DNA of 64,000 bases, from NCBI GenBank assembly GCA_002718585.1, contig PBFG01000019.1, positions 33,086 through 97,085 of the forward strand, in the 5' to 3' direction. The stretch's first letter is position 1. Each line of letters opens with the position of its first letter. Origin of the DNA: Fidelibacterota bacterium. Its GTDB lineage: Bacteria; Fidelibacterota; Marinisomatia; SCGC-AAA003-L08; D37C17. The position numbers and the translations under genes were made by a program. Below are positions 54,904-64,000 of this stretch, piece after piece. A model generated the notes under the pieces. That model did not search any database. It was not told the DNA's origin and was given only the letters and a program-made list of their open reading frames with translations.

Positions 54904-55762
54904 TAATTAGTTTTCCTAATTGAAATACATACTGCCAAGCGTCTTCAATATTATTTGATTCTATACTAGACTTTATTAATTCTAAAGTTTCATTTTCTGA
55001 TATTTTATTTTCATCAATTTGAAATGCAGGTATTTTGTTAATTGAAGCTAGTTTTGCTAATTGATTACCAGTCAGATTAGATTTGAGAATAAAATCTGGC
55101 AATTCATCAAATCCTATACCTTCATGTTTTGGTTTTTTGACTTCAAACAATCCTTTTTTAGAATCTGTATACCAACCTCCACCATTACGGGCAATTGCAT
55201 CAAATTTATACGGATTTATCTGATTATTATCATCAATGACCTCTTCAGAAACATGAAAGTTGACAACTTCTCCAAGAATTAAGTTACCACTTGCTTTTTT
55301 ACCACCAAGTTCAATAATATCATATAACTTACATTCCATAATAAAATATGAATCTGATACGCCAAAAGGTTTTATTATTTTAGATTCGTATTTTTTCAAG
55401 CCAGTTTTTATAAATTCATCAATACCTTTATCAAATTCGCAGGATGATAAACTTATTTGTTCAACCATATGACTGTTAATAATGGATATGGTGAATTCTT
55501 TAGTATCTCTAATATTTAGCAAAGTATCCTTTGGCAATCCAGTCCTTCCACTCAATGCAGGAGAAAAACCAACAATTGGTGGATTAGCCCCAAAGGCATT
55601 AAAAAAAGAATAAGGTGCTAAATTAGAATTACCATTATTATCAACAGAACCAACCAATGCAATTGGCCTTGGAGAAATCCCAGAAATAAGAAGATGATAT
55701 ATACTTTTAATATCTAATTTTTTAGAATTAAACTCTTTAAAATTCATTATTTTTTTAACCAA
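54893..55762 (-). CDS. Flavin reductase-like (FMN-binding split-barrel) domain protein with a C-terminal extension
   Basis: ISPRPIALVGSVDNNGNSNLAPYSFFN, typical of the Flavin_Reduct family. Overlaps both neighbours. Confidence 0.65.
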   Translation of the reverse strand: MVKKIMNFKEFNSKKLDIKSIYHLLISGISPRPIALVGSVDNNGNSNLAPYSFFNAFGANPPIVGFSPALSGRTGLPKDTLLNIRDTKEFTISIINSHMVEQISLSSCEFDKGIDEFIKTGLKKYESKIIKPFGVSDSYFIMECKLYDIIELGGKKASGNLILGEVVNFHVSEEVIDDNNQINPYKFDAIARNGGGWYTDSKKGLFEVKKPKHEGIGFDELPDFILKSNLTGNQLAKLASINKIPAFQIDENKISENETLELIKSSIESNNIEDAWQYVFQLGKLINDK

Positions 55763-56901
55763 CTATATGGATAATCTTTATCAATATTACTTTCTGTATC
55801 ACTTAATACATACAAAGGATTAAAAGTATCAACCATCACTGCAAGTTCGTCAGTACTTTTTTTCCCTATTGAATCCTCGTATTTACCAGGCTGTGGTCCA
55901 TGTGGAAGTCCCATTGGATGATAAGTAATAGATCCTAAACTAATTCCTGACCTAGATACAAAATTTCCTTTTGAATAAAAAATAACTTCATCAGAATCGA
56001 CATTTGAATGAGGATAAGGCGCAGGGATAGCATCAGGATGATAGTCAAACAATCTTGATACAAAAGAACAAATAACAAAACCTTTAGACTGAAATGTTTG
56101 ATGAACAGGAGGAGGTTGATGAATGCTCCCTGTGATAGGTTCAAAATCATTTATATTTAATATCCATGGAAAATAAAAGCCATCCCAGCCAATAACATCA
56201 AATGGGTGATTATTATAAACAAATGATTTAGTTCCTTCCCTAAATTTAACTAAAATATTAAATTTACCTTTCTTATCAACAGGATTTTTCAGAACAGGAG
56301 TTTTTATATCTCTCTCACAAAAAGGAGAATGTTCTAATAGCTGTCCAACTCTATTTCTATATTTTGCTGGAGTCTCTATTGGTGATTTAGAACAAATAGT
56401 TAACCCTGAAACATGTTTTGTTTTGAGTTCAAATTGATAAATTACACCTCTAGGTATAACGATATAATCTCCTTCAACAAATTGCATATTTCCATAATTT
56501 GTTTTAATTATTCCATTTCCAGACTGAATATATACTAACATATCACTATCACCATTTCTGCGAAAAATATTTCCATTTAAATCTGATTTAACTGATTTTA
56601 ATTCTAAATATAATCTTGAGATTTCAACATCTTTATTATAGAGTAATGTATGGTTAGACTTATTTGATAAAAAATGATAGGGTTTATGATCATTTTTTTT
56701 ATACTTATATTTTTCAGAACAACTTTTAAATTCTCCTAATTCTTTTACCTGAGTAGGCATGTTTAGGTGATATAAATTTGTATATACATATGAAAAGCCT
56801 TCTCTGCTTACGAGCTCCTCAAAATATATACCTCCATTAGGATTTTTAAAGATGGTATGTCTTTTCTTTGGAATAGTTCCTCGTGTTTGATAAAATGGCA
56901 T
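55747..56901 (-). CDS. hmgA: Homogentisate 1,2-dioxygenase (short bacterial form)
   Basis: N-terminus MPFYQTRGTIPKKRHT, cupin core and HPMGLPHGPQPG. Located next to hppD. Confidence 0.85.
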   Translation of the reverse strand: MPFYQTRGTIPKKRHTIFKNPNGGIYFEELVSREGFSYVYTNLYHLNMPTQVKELGEFKSCSEKYKYKKNDHKPYHFLSNKSNHTLLYNKDVEISRLYLELKSVKSDLNGNIFRRNGDSDMLVYIQSGNGIIKTNYGNMQFVEGDYIVIPRGVIYQFELKTKHVSGLTICSKSPIETPAKYRNRVGQLLEHSPFCERDIKTPVLKNPVDKKGKFNILVKFREGTKSFVYNNHPFDVIGWDGFYFPWILNINDFEPITGSIHQPPPVHQTFQSKGFVICSFVSRLFDYHPDAIPAPYPHSNVDSDEVIFYSKGNFVSRSGISLGSITYHPMGLPHGPQPGKYEDSIGKKSTDELAVMVDTFNPLYVLSDTESNIDKDYPYSWLKK

Positions 56902-56911
56902 AATTTCTCCT

Positions 56912-58027
56912 TTAAAGGTTACCTCTTCTAGACTGTTCTAATTCTATTGATTCAAAAAGAGACTGAAAATTTCCTTGACCAAAACCTTTTGATCCTCTTC
57001 TTTGAATTATTTCTATAAAAAGTGTTGGTCTGTCTTGTAAAGGCTGAGTAAATAATTGTAATAAGTATCCTTCTTCATCATTATCAATTAAAATACCCAA
57101 ATCTTTTATAATTTTAATATCTTCTTTTATTATAATTTTCTTTTTTGCTAAAAGCTCATAATACGTATCCGGAAGTTTTAAAAATTCTAATCCATTTTCT
57201 CTCAATGATTTAATTGTTTCTAGAATATTTGTACTTAATAAAGCAATATGCTGAACACCTGGACCTTCGTTGAAATCTAAATATTCTTCAATCTGAGATT
57301 TTTTTAAACCCTCAGCAGGTTCATTAATAGGTAATTTGACCTTCCAATTAGCAGATCTTACCACAACACTTTTCAATGCTGAATATTTTGTTGAGATATC
57401 TGTTTCATCAAATCTAACAAATGCAAAAAAACCAAAAACTTTCTCATAATAATCTTTCCAAAAGTCCATCTTGTCTAATTCTACATTCACAACAACATGA
57501 TCGATTAAATCAATTTTAGTATCATTTGCTGGGGTCTGCTTATTTTTTAAAATAAAACCTGGAGCCCAAGAATTATAATCATCATTATTAATAATGGAGT
57601 GTATACAATCTCCATAAGATTTTAAAGATGCTTTAGTAAATGAACCATTTTTATCATTAATGTGTTTAAAATCATCAGCTAATATTCCACCTCTTCTTAA
57701 ACAACCTTCAAATGCATCTCTAACAGATTTAACCTTAAAAGAAACATCATAAACACCATCTCCATGTTTTTTTAACCACGATGAAATAGGGTGATTAGAT
57801 TTTAAAGGAGAAGTAAGAACGAAAAAAACATTATTTTTTTTTAAAACATATGATACTTTATCTTTTACACCAGTTTCAGGACCTGAATATGCATATTCAG
57901 TGAATCCAAAAATTTTTTTATAAAACTCTTTAGATTGCTTTGCATTACCAACATAAAATTCCAAATGATGAAAATCAATATCTTCAAAATAATCGACGCC
58001 CTTAAATTCACTAGTAAAATATGCCAT
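56912..58027 (-). CDS. hppD: 4-hydroxyphenylpyruvate dioxygenase
   Basis: Two VOC modules, GPGVQHIAL, and the C-terminus FIEIIQRRGSKGFGQGNFQSLFESIELEQ. Confidence 0.92.
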   Translation of the reverse strand: MAYFTSEFKGVDYFEDIDFHHLEFYVGNAKQSKEFYKKIFGFTEYAYSGPETGVKDKVSYVLKKNNVFFVLTSPLKSNHPISSWLKKHGDGVYDVSFKVKSVRDAFEGCLRRGGILADDFKHINDKNGSFTKASLKSYGDCIHSIINNDDYNSWAPGFILKNKQTPANDTKIDLIDHVVVNVELDKMDFWKDYYEKVFGFFAFVRFDETDISTKYSALKSVVVRSANWKVKLPINEPAEGLKKSQIEEYLDFNEGPGVQHIALLSTNILETIKSLRENGLEFLKLPDTYYELLAKKKIIIKEDIKIIKDLGILIDNDEEGYLLQLFTQPLQDRPTLFIEIIQRRGSKGFGQGNFQSLFESIELEQSRRGNL

Positions 58028-59118
58028 TATTTTCTGTAATACTCCTTAATTTTTTTCATAAAAAAATAATTTTCTTCCTTCAAACCAATTGTAACTCTTA
58101 TACATTTAGGTAGGCCAAAATTTATCAAGTCTCTTATAATAATTCCATTTTCTAATAAAAATTGAACTAATTTTTGAACTTCGTTTCTATTATCTAATAC
58201 TATTGTAATGAAATTTGCAACTGATGGAATGTAATTTATATCTAATTTATTTAAATTTTTAGTCATTAATTCTAATTCTCTTAAATTTAATTCAATAGTT
58301 TGCAACAAATGACCTTCATCTTCTAAAGCAGCTAATGCTACTTGTTGAGAAATTGATGATGGTTCAAATGGAAGTTTAACTTTCATGAGGTTATTAATAA
58401 GTTCATTGTGAGCAAAACCATAACCAACTCTAAATCCCGCCAAACCATGTACTTTTGAAAAAGTTCTTAAAGTTATAACATTATCATATCTATATTCCAT
58501 TGAATCTGGATAATCATATACATGTGCAGCATATTCGAAATATGCCTCATCTAAAATAACTAAAACTCTTTTGGGAACTTTTTTAATAAAATTATCAAAT
58601 TCATTTTTATTAATATAAGTTCCCGTAGGATTATCAGGATTTGCTATGTAAATGATTTTTGTATTCTCATTAATTTGACTGCATATAGATTCTAAATCAT
58701 ATTTGTAATTTTTTTTTGGAACCCATATAACTTTTTTTCCGCTAGCATTAGCTAGGACTTTAAAACCTATGAACGATTTTTCAGCAGATATTAATTCATC
58801 TTTATCTTTTAAGAAAGTTCTCATTATTGATGACATAATACCCTCACTTCCACTACCCAAAATGACATTTTCAACTTTCAAATCAAACTTTTTAGCTAAC
58901 TTTTTGCGTAATTTCATACCAGAAGCATCAGGATACCTATGTGAGTTTTTTAAATCATTGAGAGATAAACCAATGGATTTCAATGAAGGTCCTAAAGGAT
59001 TTTCATTTGAAGCTAACTTTATAATTTTTTCTAAATTATACTCATTTTTAACTGAATCAATAGTTCTTCCAGGCTTGTAGGGTAATAAATTTTTAATATG
59101 TTTGGGAACAAGTGACAT
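58027..59118 (-). CDS. hisC: Histidinol-phosphate/aromatic aminotransferase (class II PLP enzyme)
   Basis: LASNENPLGPS, NPDNPTG and the RTFSK PLP-lysine motif. The operon context suggests tyrosine transamination. Confidence 0.85.
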   Translation of the reverse strand: MSLVPKHIKNLLPYKPGRTIDSVKNEYNLEKIIKLASNENPLGPSLKSIGLSLNDLKNSHRYPDASGMKLRKKLAKKFDLKVENVILGSGSEGIMSSIMRTFLKDKDELISAEKSFIGFKVLANASGKKVIWVPKKNYKYDLESICSQINENTKIIYIANPDNPTGTYINKNEFDNFIKKVPKRVLVILDEAYFEYAAHVYDYPDSMEYRYDNVITLRTFSKVHGLAGFRVGYGFAHNELINNLMKVKLPFEPSSISQQVALAALEDEGHLLQTIELNLRELELMTKNLNKLDINYIPSVANFITIVLDNRNEVQKLVQFLLENGIIIRDLINFGLPKCIRVTIGLKEENYFFMKKIKEYYRK

Positions 59119-59252
59119 AAATCAATTTAAATTTTTCATATTTAATTTAATATTTATATAAATTAAATGTAAACTTTCAAATATAATAAAAAACAATAAA
59201 TTTAGTGGATATAAGCAAATTATTTTCTCATTAAGAAATACCAATAGTAAGA

Positions 59253-60140
59253 TTAAGTTTCTTTAAGTAATTTTCGTTCGGCCGCTAAAACTGTATTACT
59301 TAAAAGCATTGTAATCGTCATTGGTCCAACCCCACCTGGTACAGGGGTTATTGAATTAACTTTACCAATTATATCTTCATAATCGACATCACCGACTATC
59401 CTATATCCTTTTTTTGAATCATCTTTTAATCTATTGATACCAACATCAATTATGTCAACACCATTCTTTACCATATTTGATTTCAAGAATAAAGGTATTC
59501 CTATTGCAACAATTATAATGTCTGCTATGCGGGTGTATAATTTTAAATCTGGAGTTCCTGTATGACATATAGTTACTGTTGCGTTTCCAACTTCAAATTT
59601 TTGAGATAATAAAGCCATTAATGGCTTACCAACTATGTTACTTCTTCCTAAGATAACAACATGTTTTGACCTAACATTAATTTTATAAAATTTTAAAATT
59701 TCAAGACATCCATAAGGTGTGCAAGGTATAAAATTTGGAGTACCAATCAATATTTTACCAACATTTATTGGATGAAAACCATCAACGTCTTTATTAGGGT
59801 CTATTGAGCTTAGAATTTTTTTCTCATCTAAATGTTTTGGTAATGGTAATTGAACCAAAATACCATGTATATTAGAATCTAAATTAAGTGAGTCTATAAA
59901 ACTGATTAAATCTGACTCTGTTATAACACTATTTTTTTCATAAACTATACTTTTACAATTATGCTTAGTAAAAATTTTATGTTTAGTATTGACATAAATT
60001 TTGGAAGCCGGATCATCTCCTACTAAAATAGCTGCAAGGGTTGGTACAATATTTTCTTTTTTTAATAAATCTATTCTTTTACCTATAAGCTGCTTATGTT
60101 TCTCAGCGACAGGATGACCACTTAAGATTTTTACACTCAT
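59253..60140 (-). CDS. folD: Bifunctional 5,10-methylene-THF dehydrogenase/cyclohydrolase
   Basis: VGDDPAS..YV, HGILVQLPLP, GRSNIVGKP and VPGGVGPMT motifs. Confidence 0.93.
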   Translation of the reverse strand: MSVKILSGHPVAEKHKQLIGKRIDLLKKENIVPTLAAILVGDDPASKIYVNTKHKIFTKHNCKSIVYEKNSVITESDLISFIDSLNLDSNIHGILVQLPLPKHLDEKKILSSIDPNKDVDGFHPINVGKILIGTPNFIPCTPYGCLEILKFYKINVRSKHVVILGRSNIVGKPLMALLSQKFEVGNATVTICHTGTPDLKLYTRIADIIIVAIGIPLFLKSNMVKNGVDIIDVGINRLKDDSKKGYRIVGDVDYEDIIGKVNSITPVPGGVGPMTITMLLSNTVLAAERKLLKET

Positions 60141-60439
60141 TTAATTTTATCAAGTTTATCTTCGATTAAATCGAGAATTAACTTGGACTTTTTCTCAATT
60201 TTATCAATTTTCTTTTTATTATCACTTTTATGAAGAAAAAGTTCTCCTGCAATTTCTAAGCAAGTAAAAACTGCAATTCTTAATTGTTGTGAATTACTGT
60301 CAATTCCACTATTGATAACCTCCTGCATTTTCTTTTCAACATATTGAGTAATCTCAACCATATTAGAATTACCAGATGTTTTGAGAAGGTAATCTTGACC
60401 CAGAAGTTTTATTTTATGTACTTTTAATTTTTTTTGCAT
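60137..60439 (-). CDS. zapA: Cell division protein ZapA-like
   Basis: 100 aa. Its N-terminal beta segment (KIKLLGQDYLLKTSG) plus C-terminal coiled coil, and its position after pheT, match many bacteria. Confidence 0.65.
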   Translation of the reverse strand: MQKKLKVHKIKLLGQDYLLKTSGNSNMVEITQYVEKKMQEVINSGIDSNSQQLRIAVFTCLEIAGELFLHKSDNKKKIDKIEKKSKLILDLIEDKLDKIK

Positions 60440-60445
60440 AGTTTC

Positions 60446-62821
60446 TCATCTTTGTTTAGCGTTTAATTTATTTAATAGATTATCAAGTACTAATTTAATT
60501 TCTTTATCTACTTCACTAGATTTTAAAGTTCTTTCAGTTGATTGAAATTTTAAAGAATAACCCATACTTTTTGTATTTTTATCAAAATTCTTATCATCAT
60601 AAATATCAAATAGTTTAATATCTCTTAATATTTTAGTTGATGATTTACGTATTACATTTATTATATCATCATGTGTAATTGAATGTGGTACTAAAATTGC
60701 AATATCTCTATTAATTGATGGATATGAAATAGTTTTCTTATAAGAAATTTTAAGTTTATCATAAAAAACATTTACTTTATCCAATTCAATATTACATATT
60801 ATTACACTTCTTTCTAGATCGTAATAACTTTTAACGCTATCATTAATTTCTATGATTTCGCCTACATTTTGTCCATTTAAAATTATTGAAATTTTATAAT
60901 TACAATTGTTATCGATAGTATCAATTTTGTAACTAATTTTATTGAATCCTAAATTATGAAATATCATCGAAATATCACCTTTTACATTGGACAAGTTAAA
61001 AGGTTTTGTACCGCTCCAGGATTTTATTTTATCTCCTAAATATCCTAAAGATAAAATTCTTCTTTCAGTAGATAAATTATATTTTTTCTTACTATAAACA
61101 TTTATTGAGCCTATTTCATAATACTTCAAAAATTCGGATTCTCTCTTTTCATTAAAAGATAATGCTTTTAGAATTCCGGGGGTTAAGGTATTTCTTAAAT
61201 ATTCCATATCTTTACTTAATGGGTTCATTAACCTTATTGCATTTTCATTTGAAAAAGTTGTTTCTTTTTTATTATATAAGCTGTTAGAATAATGTTCATT
61301 AAAACCATTATTTGATAAAATTGTTCTTAATTTATCTTCTATAAGATTTTCATCTCTGAGTAAACTATTTATCGAAAATTTGAAATTCATATTAGATTCT
61401 ATAGAATCATAGCCATAAACTCTTGCAACTTCCTCAAATAGATCTACTTCTCGTTCCAAATCATTCCTGTAAGAGGGAATAAAACATTTAAAATAATTTT
61501 CTTTATCATAAAATTTTATTCCTAAATAATTAAAAATATTTTTGATTTCTTTGTTAGCCAGTGAAGTACCTAAAAAACTATTACATTTCGAAACATCAAA
61601 CTCAATACATTTATTTGATTTACTTTTACATTTATCTATATAATTAAAACTTATTACTGCTTTTTTACAATCACTTAAAAGTAAATAAGTAAATTTATCC
61701 ATTACATGAATAACATTTTCGTAATCGATACCTCTCTCAAATCTCTTAGATGCTTCCTTAGCATAATCATATTTTTTTGATGTTTTTCTAATATTAATTT
61801 CATTAAATACAGCACTTTCAAGTAATATATTAGTTGTTTTTGATGTAACCTGACTTTCCAGACCTCCGATTACACCTGCAATTGCTACAGGACCACTATT
61901 ATCAGCTATAACAATATCATCTGATGTTAATTTGTTCTCATCATTATTCAAACAAATAATTTTTTCATTTTCATGTGCTCTTCTAACTTCAATTTTATTT
62001 CCGTTTAATTTATCATAATCGAATGTATGTAATGGTTGTCCTAAATCAAACATAATATAATTTGCCAAATCAACAATGTTATTGACACTTTTTTGACCAA
62101 TAGATTCGATACTTTTTTTCAGCCACAATGGACTTTCTTTAACTTCCACATTCTTAATTAACCTGCAAGCATATCTTGGACAAAGATCATAATCATCAAT
62201 AGTAACGTCAACATAATCTAAAATATCAAGTTTACTTTTTTTAAAATCAAACTTTTCTTTTTTAATTTTTAAATTTTCAATAATAGAAAGTTCCCTTGCT
62301 ATACCTAAGTGACTAAAGCAATCACCTCTATTAGGAGTGATATCAAAATCAAAAATTGAATCTTCTTCAATTTCAAGTTCACTAGCTAATTTTTGTCCAA
62401 CTTCTAAATTATTGTCCAATATCATAATTCCATCGTGATTCTCACCTAAGCCTAATTCCTTTTCTGAACATATCATACCATATGAATAAATACCTCTTAT
62501 TTTAGTTTTCTTTATTTTAAAATCACTTATATGAGATCCGATTTTTGCGATAGGAACTAAAATATTTTCTTTCACATTGGGAGCACCACATATAATAGTC
62601 AAATTGGATTCACTTGCTATATCTACTTGGCAGACTTTTAATCTATCAGCATCCGGATGCTTAATACATTCTACAACTTTTCCAACGATTATATTAGAAT
62701 CTAACGAATTAATTAAATGATAATTGCACTCTAATCCCAGGTGTGTAAAATAATCAACTAATTCTGAATTAGTTTTATCTGATTCAATATAATTGTTTAA
62801 CCAATTTCTTGATATTTTCAT
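60446..62821 (-). CDS. pheT: Phenylalanine--tRNA ligase beta subunit
   Basis: 791 aa with tRNA-binding, B3/B4, B5 and FDX-ACB-like regions (HPDADRLKVC, ITPNRGDC). Overlaps pheS. Confidence 0.95.
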   Translation of the reverse strand: MKISRNWLNNYIESDKTNSELVDYFTHLGLECNYHLINSLDSNIIVGKVVECIKHPDADRLKVCQVDIASESNLTIICGAPNVKENILVPIAKIGSHISDFKIKKTKIRGIYSYGMICSEKELGLGENHDGIMILDNNLEVGQKLASELEIEEDSIFDFDITPNRGDCFSHLGIARELSIIENLKIKKEKFDFKKSKLDILDYVDVTIDDYDLCPRYACRLIKNVEVKESPLWLKKSIESIGQKSVNNIVDLANYIMFDLGQPLHTFDYDKLNGNKIEVRRAHENEKIICLNNDENKLTSDDIVIADNSGPVAIAGVIGGLESQVTSKTTNILLESAVFNEINIRKTSKKYDYAKEASKRFERGIDYENVIHVMDKFTYLLLSDCKKAVISFNYIDKCKSKSNKCIEFDVSKCNSFLGTSLANKEIKNIFNYLGIKFYDKENYFKCFIPSYRNDLEREVDLFEEVARVYGYDSIESNMNFKFSINSLLRDENLIEDKLRTILSNNGFNEHYSNSLYNKKETTFSNENAIRLMNPLSKDMEYLRNTLTPGILKALSFNEKRESEFLKYYEIGSINVYSKKKYNLSTERRILSLGYLGDKIKSWSGTKPFNLSNVKGDISMIFHNLGFNKISYKIDTIDNNCNYKISIILNGQNVGEIIEINDSVKSYYDLERSVIICNIELDKVNVFYDKLKISYKKTISYPSINRDIAILVPHSITHDDIINVIRKSSTKILRDIKLFDIYDDKNFDKNTKSMGYSLKFQSTERTLKSSEVDKEIKLVLDNLLNKLNAKQR

Positions 62822-63837
62822 TTTTTAAATTGCTCCAAAAATTTAAAATCTCCTTCGTACAGAAGCCTAATATCATCTATTCCATATTTAAGCATTGCAA
62901 TTCTCTCAATTCCTAAGCCAAAAGCAAAACCACTATATCTATCAGAATCATATTCAACTGATTTAAACACTTCTGGGTCTACCATACCACATCCTAAAAT
63001 TTCTAACCATCCAGTACCTTTAGTTATTCTATAATCAGATTCAGAATTTAATCCCCAATAAACATCCATTTCAGCGCTAGGTTCAGTAAATGGGAAATAA
63101 CTGGGTCTAAATCTAGTTTTAACATTTGAACCAAAAAATTCTTTCGCAAAATATTCTAGAGTACCCTTCAATTCAGAAAAAGTTACATTCTTATCAACAT
63201 ATAGGCCTTCAATTTGATGAAACAAACAATAACTTCTAACACTTATGTCTTCGTTTCTGTATACTCTACCAGGTGATAAAATCCTTACAGGAGGCTCATT
63301 ATTTTTCATAAAGTGAACTTGACTTCCAGATGTATGTGTTCTTAATAACACTTGATCATTTATGTAAAATGTATCTTGCATATCTCTTGCGGGATGATGC
63401 TTAGGTATGTTCAATGCCTCAAAGTTATAATAATCTGTATCAATTTCTGGACCGTATACTGAAGAAAATCCAATTCTATTAAAAATACTTTTAATTTCAT
63501 CAATAATCAATGTTATTGGATGTATACTACCAAATGAATCATAAGATTTCGGTAATGATAAATCAACTTTTAATTTATTTTTGCTGCTGTTTGTAGTTGA
63601 TTGCTTGTCATCTAACTTTGAAGCTATATGATTTTTTAAATCATTAATCTTTTTCCCAAATTCAGATTTTTTGTTTGCGTCAACCTCAGCTAGAAGTGGG
63701 TAAAGAGTATTCATCAAACCTTTTCTACCTAAATACTTATTATAGATTAATTGATTATCTAATTGATTATTTTTTACAGATTTGTAATCAGAATCAAATG
63801 TAGACTTGATTTCTTGTATTTTTTCAGATAAAGACAC
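62818..63837 (-). CDS. pheS: Phenylalanine--tRNA ligase alpha subunit
   Basis: Class II motifs HPARDMQDTFY, RTHTS, FRPSYFPFTEPS and GFAFGLGIERIAM. Confidence 0.95.
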   Translation of the reverse strand: MSLSEKIQEIKSTFDSDYKSVKNNQLDNQLIYNKYLGRKGLMNTLYPLLAEVDANKKSEFGKKINDLKNHIASKLDDKQSTTNSSKNKLKVDLSLPKSYDSFGSIHPITLIIDEIKSIFNRIGFSSVYGPEIDTDYYNFEALNIPKHHPARDMQDTFYINDQVLLRTHTSGSQVHFMKNNEPPVRILSPGRVYRNEDISVRSYCLFHQIEGLYVDKNVTFSELKGTLEYFAKEFFGSNVKTRFRPSYFPFTEPSAEMDVYWGLNSESDYRITKGTGWLEILGCGMVDPEVFKSVEYDSDRYSGFAFGLGIERIAMLKYGIDDIRLLYEGDFKFLEQFKK

Positions 63838-63849
63838 GTAAATTCTATA

Positions 63850-64000
63850 TCAAGATACAGATTTCACAATTGCATCAAATGCATCTTTGTCATTTACAGC
63901 AAGATACGCTAAAGTTTTTCTATTCATCATAATATTTTTATTTTTTAATAAATTAACAAATGTTGAATAATTTAGCCCATGTTCTCTAACTGCAGCATTA
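63850..64000 (-). CDS. rplT: 50S ribosomal protein L20, C-terminal part (5' end beyond the window)
   Basis: The reverse-strand translation [49 protein letters not shown] matches the L20 C-terminus. Conserved rplT-pheS order. Confidence 0.85.
   Translation of the reverse strand, partial: NAAVREHGLNYSTFVNLLKNKNIMMNRKTLAYLAVNDKDAFDAIVKSVS

Noticed and set aside
345-58000. Numerous 60-170 aa antisense or out-of-frame ORFs nested in long genes. Examples: 345..536, 2622..2822, 3131..3316, 6146..6352, 6440..6736, 6995..7498, 9861..10055, 12824..13230, 14089..14460, 16344..16586, 20835..21596, 40225..40449, 44406..44705, 46185..46391, 53108..53323, 55061..55472, 55935..56150 and 58769..59080.
   Set aside because: Each lies entirely within a longer ORF that has clear family motifs on the other strand or frame. 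Their translations are low-complexity (I/L/F/S/K-rich), as expected from shadow frames in AT-rich DNA.
1-64000. CRISPR arrays, prophage, transposons/IS elements, toxin-antitoxin or known defence systems
   Set aside because: I saw no regularly spaced direct repeats. I also saw no integrase, transposase or recombinase motifs, no phage structural genes, and no nuclease, ATPase or helicase gene combinations typical of defence islands. The window is dominated by core metabolism and respiration.

Overview
This is a very AT-rich, gene-dense chromosomal segment with about 65 supportable CDS and 3 tRNAs. I saw no transposase, integrase or CRISPR array. It looks like a streamlined marine aerobic photoheterotroph that uses Shine-Dalgarno sites. 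The phylum cannot be fixed from sequence alone. A b6-type Rieske/cyt b complex, NiSOD and dockerin-tagged secreted proteins make a Marinimicrobia/FCB-like lineage a guess only.

Content in order:
- CNNM/CorC-type hemolysin-like protein (5' partial) and a PPi-type phosphofructokinase.
- Pyruvate dehydrogenase operon aceE-aceF-lpdA, followed by an FkbM methyltransferase.
- Thymidine phosphorylase, SelO/YdiU, tRNA-Met, leucyl aminopeptidase, an SDR, queD plus an atypical queC, an OYE flavoenzyme, a saccharopine-DH-like protein and a long SppA.
- An oxidative-stress and secreted-protein region: a thioredoxin-fold/dockerin protein, a 2-Cys peroxiredoxin, NiSOD sodN and its protease sodX, two tRNA-Ser, orphan small membrane ORFs, and two more thioredoxin-fold/dockerin paralogues.
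- A COG0523 zinc-chaperone-like GTPase with a DUF1826-like partner.
- Blue-tuned proteorhodopsin plus blh, then a C10 peptidase with PKD and dockerin modules.
- A large aerobic respiration block: ferredoxin-coxI-coxIII-coxIV-two microproteins-coxII; a cupredoxin; a CusF-like-Sco fusion; Rieske-cyt b6-subunit IV-like-octaheme cytochrome c; a HEAT protein; cytochrome c5; ctaA and ctaB.
- A tyrosine catabolism operon (aminotransferase, hppD, hmgA, flavin-reductase-like protein, acetoacetyl-CoA synthetase).
- folD, zapA, pheT, pheS and partial rplT.

Most interesting observation: three paralogous secreted thioredoxin-fold proteins each carry an in-frame TGA exactly at the first Cys position of the CxxC redox motif. 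One of them carries TGA at both positions. Each TGA is followed by a locally GC-rich hairpin with a GUU-containing loop at conserved spacing. TGA is an ordinary stop elsewhere in the window. This points to a family of dockerin-tagged selenocysteine oxidoreductases that the ORF track splits into fragments.

Secondary observations:
- A CGTGCA-N3-CGTGCA motif shared by the proteorhodopsin and selenoprotein-candidate upstream regions.
- Acidic C-terminal tails ending in EEW on CoxII and on the octaheme cytochrome, opposite a poly-Lys tail on the cupredoxin.
- A QueC homologue that lacks all four zinc-ligand cysteines.

All homology calls are from motif recognition by eye, with no database search.
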